In this document: positions 62,301-64,000 of the stretch, piece after piece
Position numbering within the stretch: the stretch's first letter is position 1
Layout: each line of letters begins with the position of its first letter
Assembly: GCA_040285855.1 (NCBI GenBank)
Contig: JAUFOQ010000001.1
Span: 1,550,001-1,614,000 of the forward strand
Direction: 5' to 3'
Source: Eukaryota sp. GEM-RC1
Taxonomy: Eukaryota
DNA: 64,000 nucleotides
Made by a program: the position numbers and the translations under genes
Notes under the pieces: model-generated
Told to the model about the DNA's origin: nothing
What the model saw: only the letters and a program-made list of their open reading frames with translations
The model's database searches: none

Positions 62301-62690
62301 AATGGTTACTTGGTTGGATGAACGTGAGTTGAATTCACACTCGTCGTTCAAGATGGCAATGGGAGCCTAATCAATCCGGATGACTGGTCCGTCTTCGTTC
62401 AGCATTCCCAACTGTTTTCAGAGATCGATTCCCAATAATGGTTTGTTGGATCCGGGAATTATTGGGAGGGTCTAATCAACGTTTGTCAGGTAAGCTTTTA
62501 TTACTGAGTACGAAGGTTAAGATGCCTTGTGCGCGATTCAAGGGCTTATACTCAACATTGGCGGTGGATGAAGTGAGCAATGGGCATGCTGCACCTCGTA
62601 GCCAGGTCTTGTGTGATTTGGGACTGTTGCTCCAATGTCCGCAAAGACCTTGAACTGGAACTCCATCGACATTAGTCTGCAACTAAGGAA
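59335..62690 (-). pseudogene. pol: Gypsy pol of element 2 (frameshifted)
   Basis: Degenerate protease (GVPVQGL / ADIGAT), RT FIYIDDII, RNase H ADASD/QKELYAI/TDHRNL, integrase ADTIGP/SDNGKEF/NGLVERRH, KLHGKLEGPF and a chromodomain-like tail. 61850-62700 is heavily scrambled. Confidence 0.9.
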
Positions 62691-62966
62691 TGAAGGTGAG
62701 TTCTGACTACATTGCTGAATGTGCGATTCAGGCTTTATTGAATTCGTACCACTACTGTTACTGATGTTACTGAGTGGGTTTGGGAAGTTGGTCGGAACCG
62801 TTTTCGATGATGGTTGTGTTAAGTGATGAACACTTTCAATGTCAAATACGCTCAAATATCTAACAGTGTTTTATTTAGTATTCTGGTAAGGGATGATCCC
62901 AAAAGAATATGTTGTCGATACAAAGGATCAGGTAAGAAACCAAAAACCTTGGATCTTGCTTGCTTT

Positions 62967-63256
62967 GAGAAAAGGATGAGATGTTGAATCAGTGTCCTTG
63001 ATTCTCGTTTGTGTGGAGAAAGGATGAGATGTTGAATCAGTGTCCTTGATTCTCGTTTGTGTGGAGAAAGGATGAGATGTTGAATCAGTGTCCTTGATTC
63101 TCGTTTGTATGGAGAAAAGGATGAGGTGTTGGATCAGTGTCCTTGATTCTCGTTTGTGTGGAGAAAAGGATGAGATGTTAAATCAGTGTCCTTGATTCTC
63201 GTTTGTGTGGAGAAAGGATGAGATGTTGAATCAGTGTCCTTGATTCTCGTTTGTGT
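62967..63256 (-). repeat. 6 x 48/49-bp tandem repeat upstream of the element 2 protease
   Basis: Unit GAGAAA(A)GGATGAGATGTTGAATCAGTGTCCTTGATTCTCGTTTGTGTG. The 48-bp form is open on the minus strand as TQTRIKDTDSTSHPFS. Confidence 0.95.
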
Positions 63257-63270
63257 TTATCTTAACAAAA

Positions 63271-63334
63271 GTTTGTCAGATGTATGGTGATATTGATTAG
63301 TCACGGTCACAGGTTCGATTCCCTGTGAGAACCA
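63271..63334 (+). pseudogene. tRNA-like sequence (degenerate tRNA gene or captured tRNA fragment)
   Basis: GTGAT-loop-GTCAC stem, GGTC variable region, ACAGG-TTCGATT-(C)CCTGT T-arm, then GAGAACCA. D-arm incomplete and anticodon not assignable. Confidence 0.45.
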
Positions 63335-64000
63335 ATTTGTGGAGCAAAAAATCAAATGTTGTTCAGAACGTGTGGAAACAGATCATAGGAGGTTGTTTCG
63401 TTTGCTGTGAATAGAATCGAATAAAATGGTCTTTCGACTCGTAATATACGTTCGGAGAACATCCTCGTCTGAAAAAGGATATTGTTGAGCAGCGGTTGGA
63501 TAGCTGTTACTATAGAAAGTTAAACAGTTTATTGAATTGTGACAGCAGCAGGAGACATCCGTATCTCTTAAACACTAAGAAAACTATCGGATGTTGGCTG
63601 TATACGGGGCTTGGGGAAGCTAACTCACTTAAGGAAAAGAGAGATTTTGTGGGAAGTGGAAGATTTTGTGGAAAAAAATTGTTCAACTTTTTTGATTCAA
63701 GGTTTGAAGTAGCTCTATGAGCAAGTCCTGTCGATACACTACTAACGTTTTGCTGTGGAGAGCTGTTGATAGTGTACCTGAATCTTCAGTTAGAGTTTGA
63801 GGCTGTGGATAGATGCCATCAGCGGATAAACGGACATCTAGTGGAGATGGAATTTTTTTGAAGAGAAATTCGTCAATTGTGAAATTGACCCAGAATCAAC
63901 TTCGTGGATCGGAACCACGTTCGTTGGCAAAAGATGACAGAATCCGTTTGGTAACGATGCGTCAGAAAGGAATCGGGTTTGCTTCTGTCATCAAAGACAG

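Larger units (their letters stand above)
59269..64000 (-). mobile_element. Ty3/gypsy LTR retrotransposon (element 2); 5' LTR not seen in the window
   Basis: PR-RT-RNaseH-IN on the minus strand, homologous to element 1. Membership of the sequence beyond ~63260 is inferred. Confidence 0.9.

Noticed and set aside
62967..63256. CRISPR-like array
   Set aside because: Repeats are contiguous with no unique spacers and no cas genes; this is an ordinary minisatellite.

Overview
AT-rich eukaryotic DNA, probably a microbial eukaryote (inferred from intron-free ORFs, BTB/RING/RI-like LRR remnants, Ty3/gypsy and hAT elements). The first ~15 kb is transposon-rich. It holds one 500-aa multi-pass membrane ORF, a decayed LTR-element 3' end, RING and BTB pseudogenes, a hAT transposase relic, a 687-bp hAT-type MITE (23-bp TIRs, 8-bp TSD) and a complete but defective Ty3/gypsy element with identical 85-bp LTRs. 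From ~15.3 to 59.3 kb lies a head-to-tail array of 11 units of ~4.13-4.19 kb. Each unit carries an intronless ~608-aa DUF2828-like gene (TROVE/Ro60-related N-region plus vWA-MIDAS) and a decayed RI-like LRR fragment. Copies are mosaic, and amino-acid changes cluster as acidic/basic swaps next to the MIDAS residues. Copy 11 is cut by a second, minus-strand Ty3/gypsy element with a 66-bp LTR. In both gypsy elements the polypurine tract lies inside the last pol codons and the pol stop codon abuts the 3' LTR. Most frameshifts sit in homopolymers and may be long-read errors. All family assignments are from motif recognition by eye; no database search was run.
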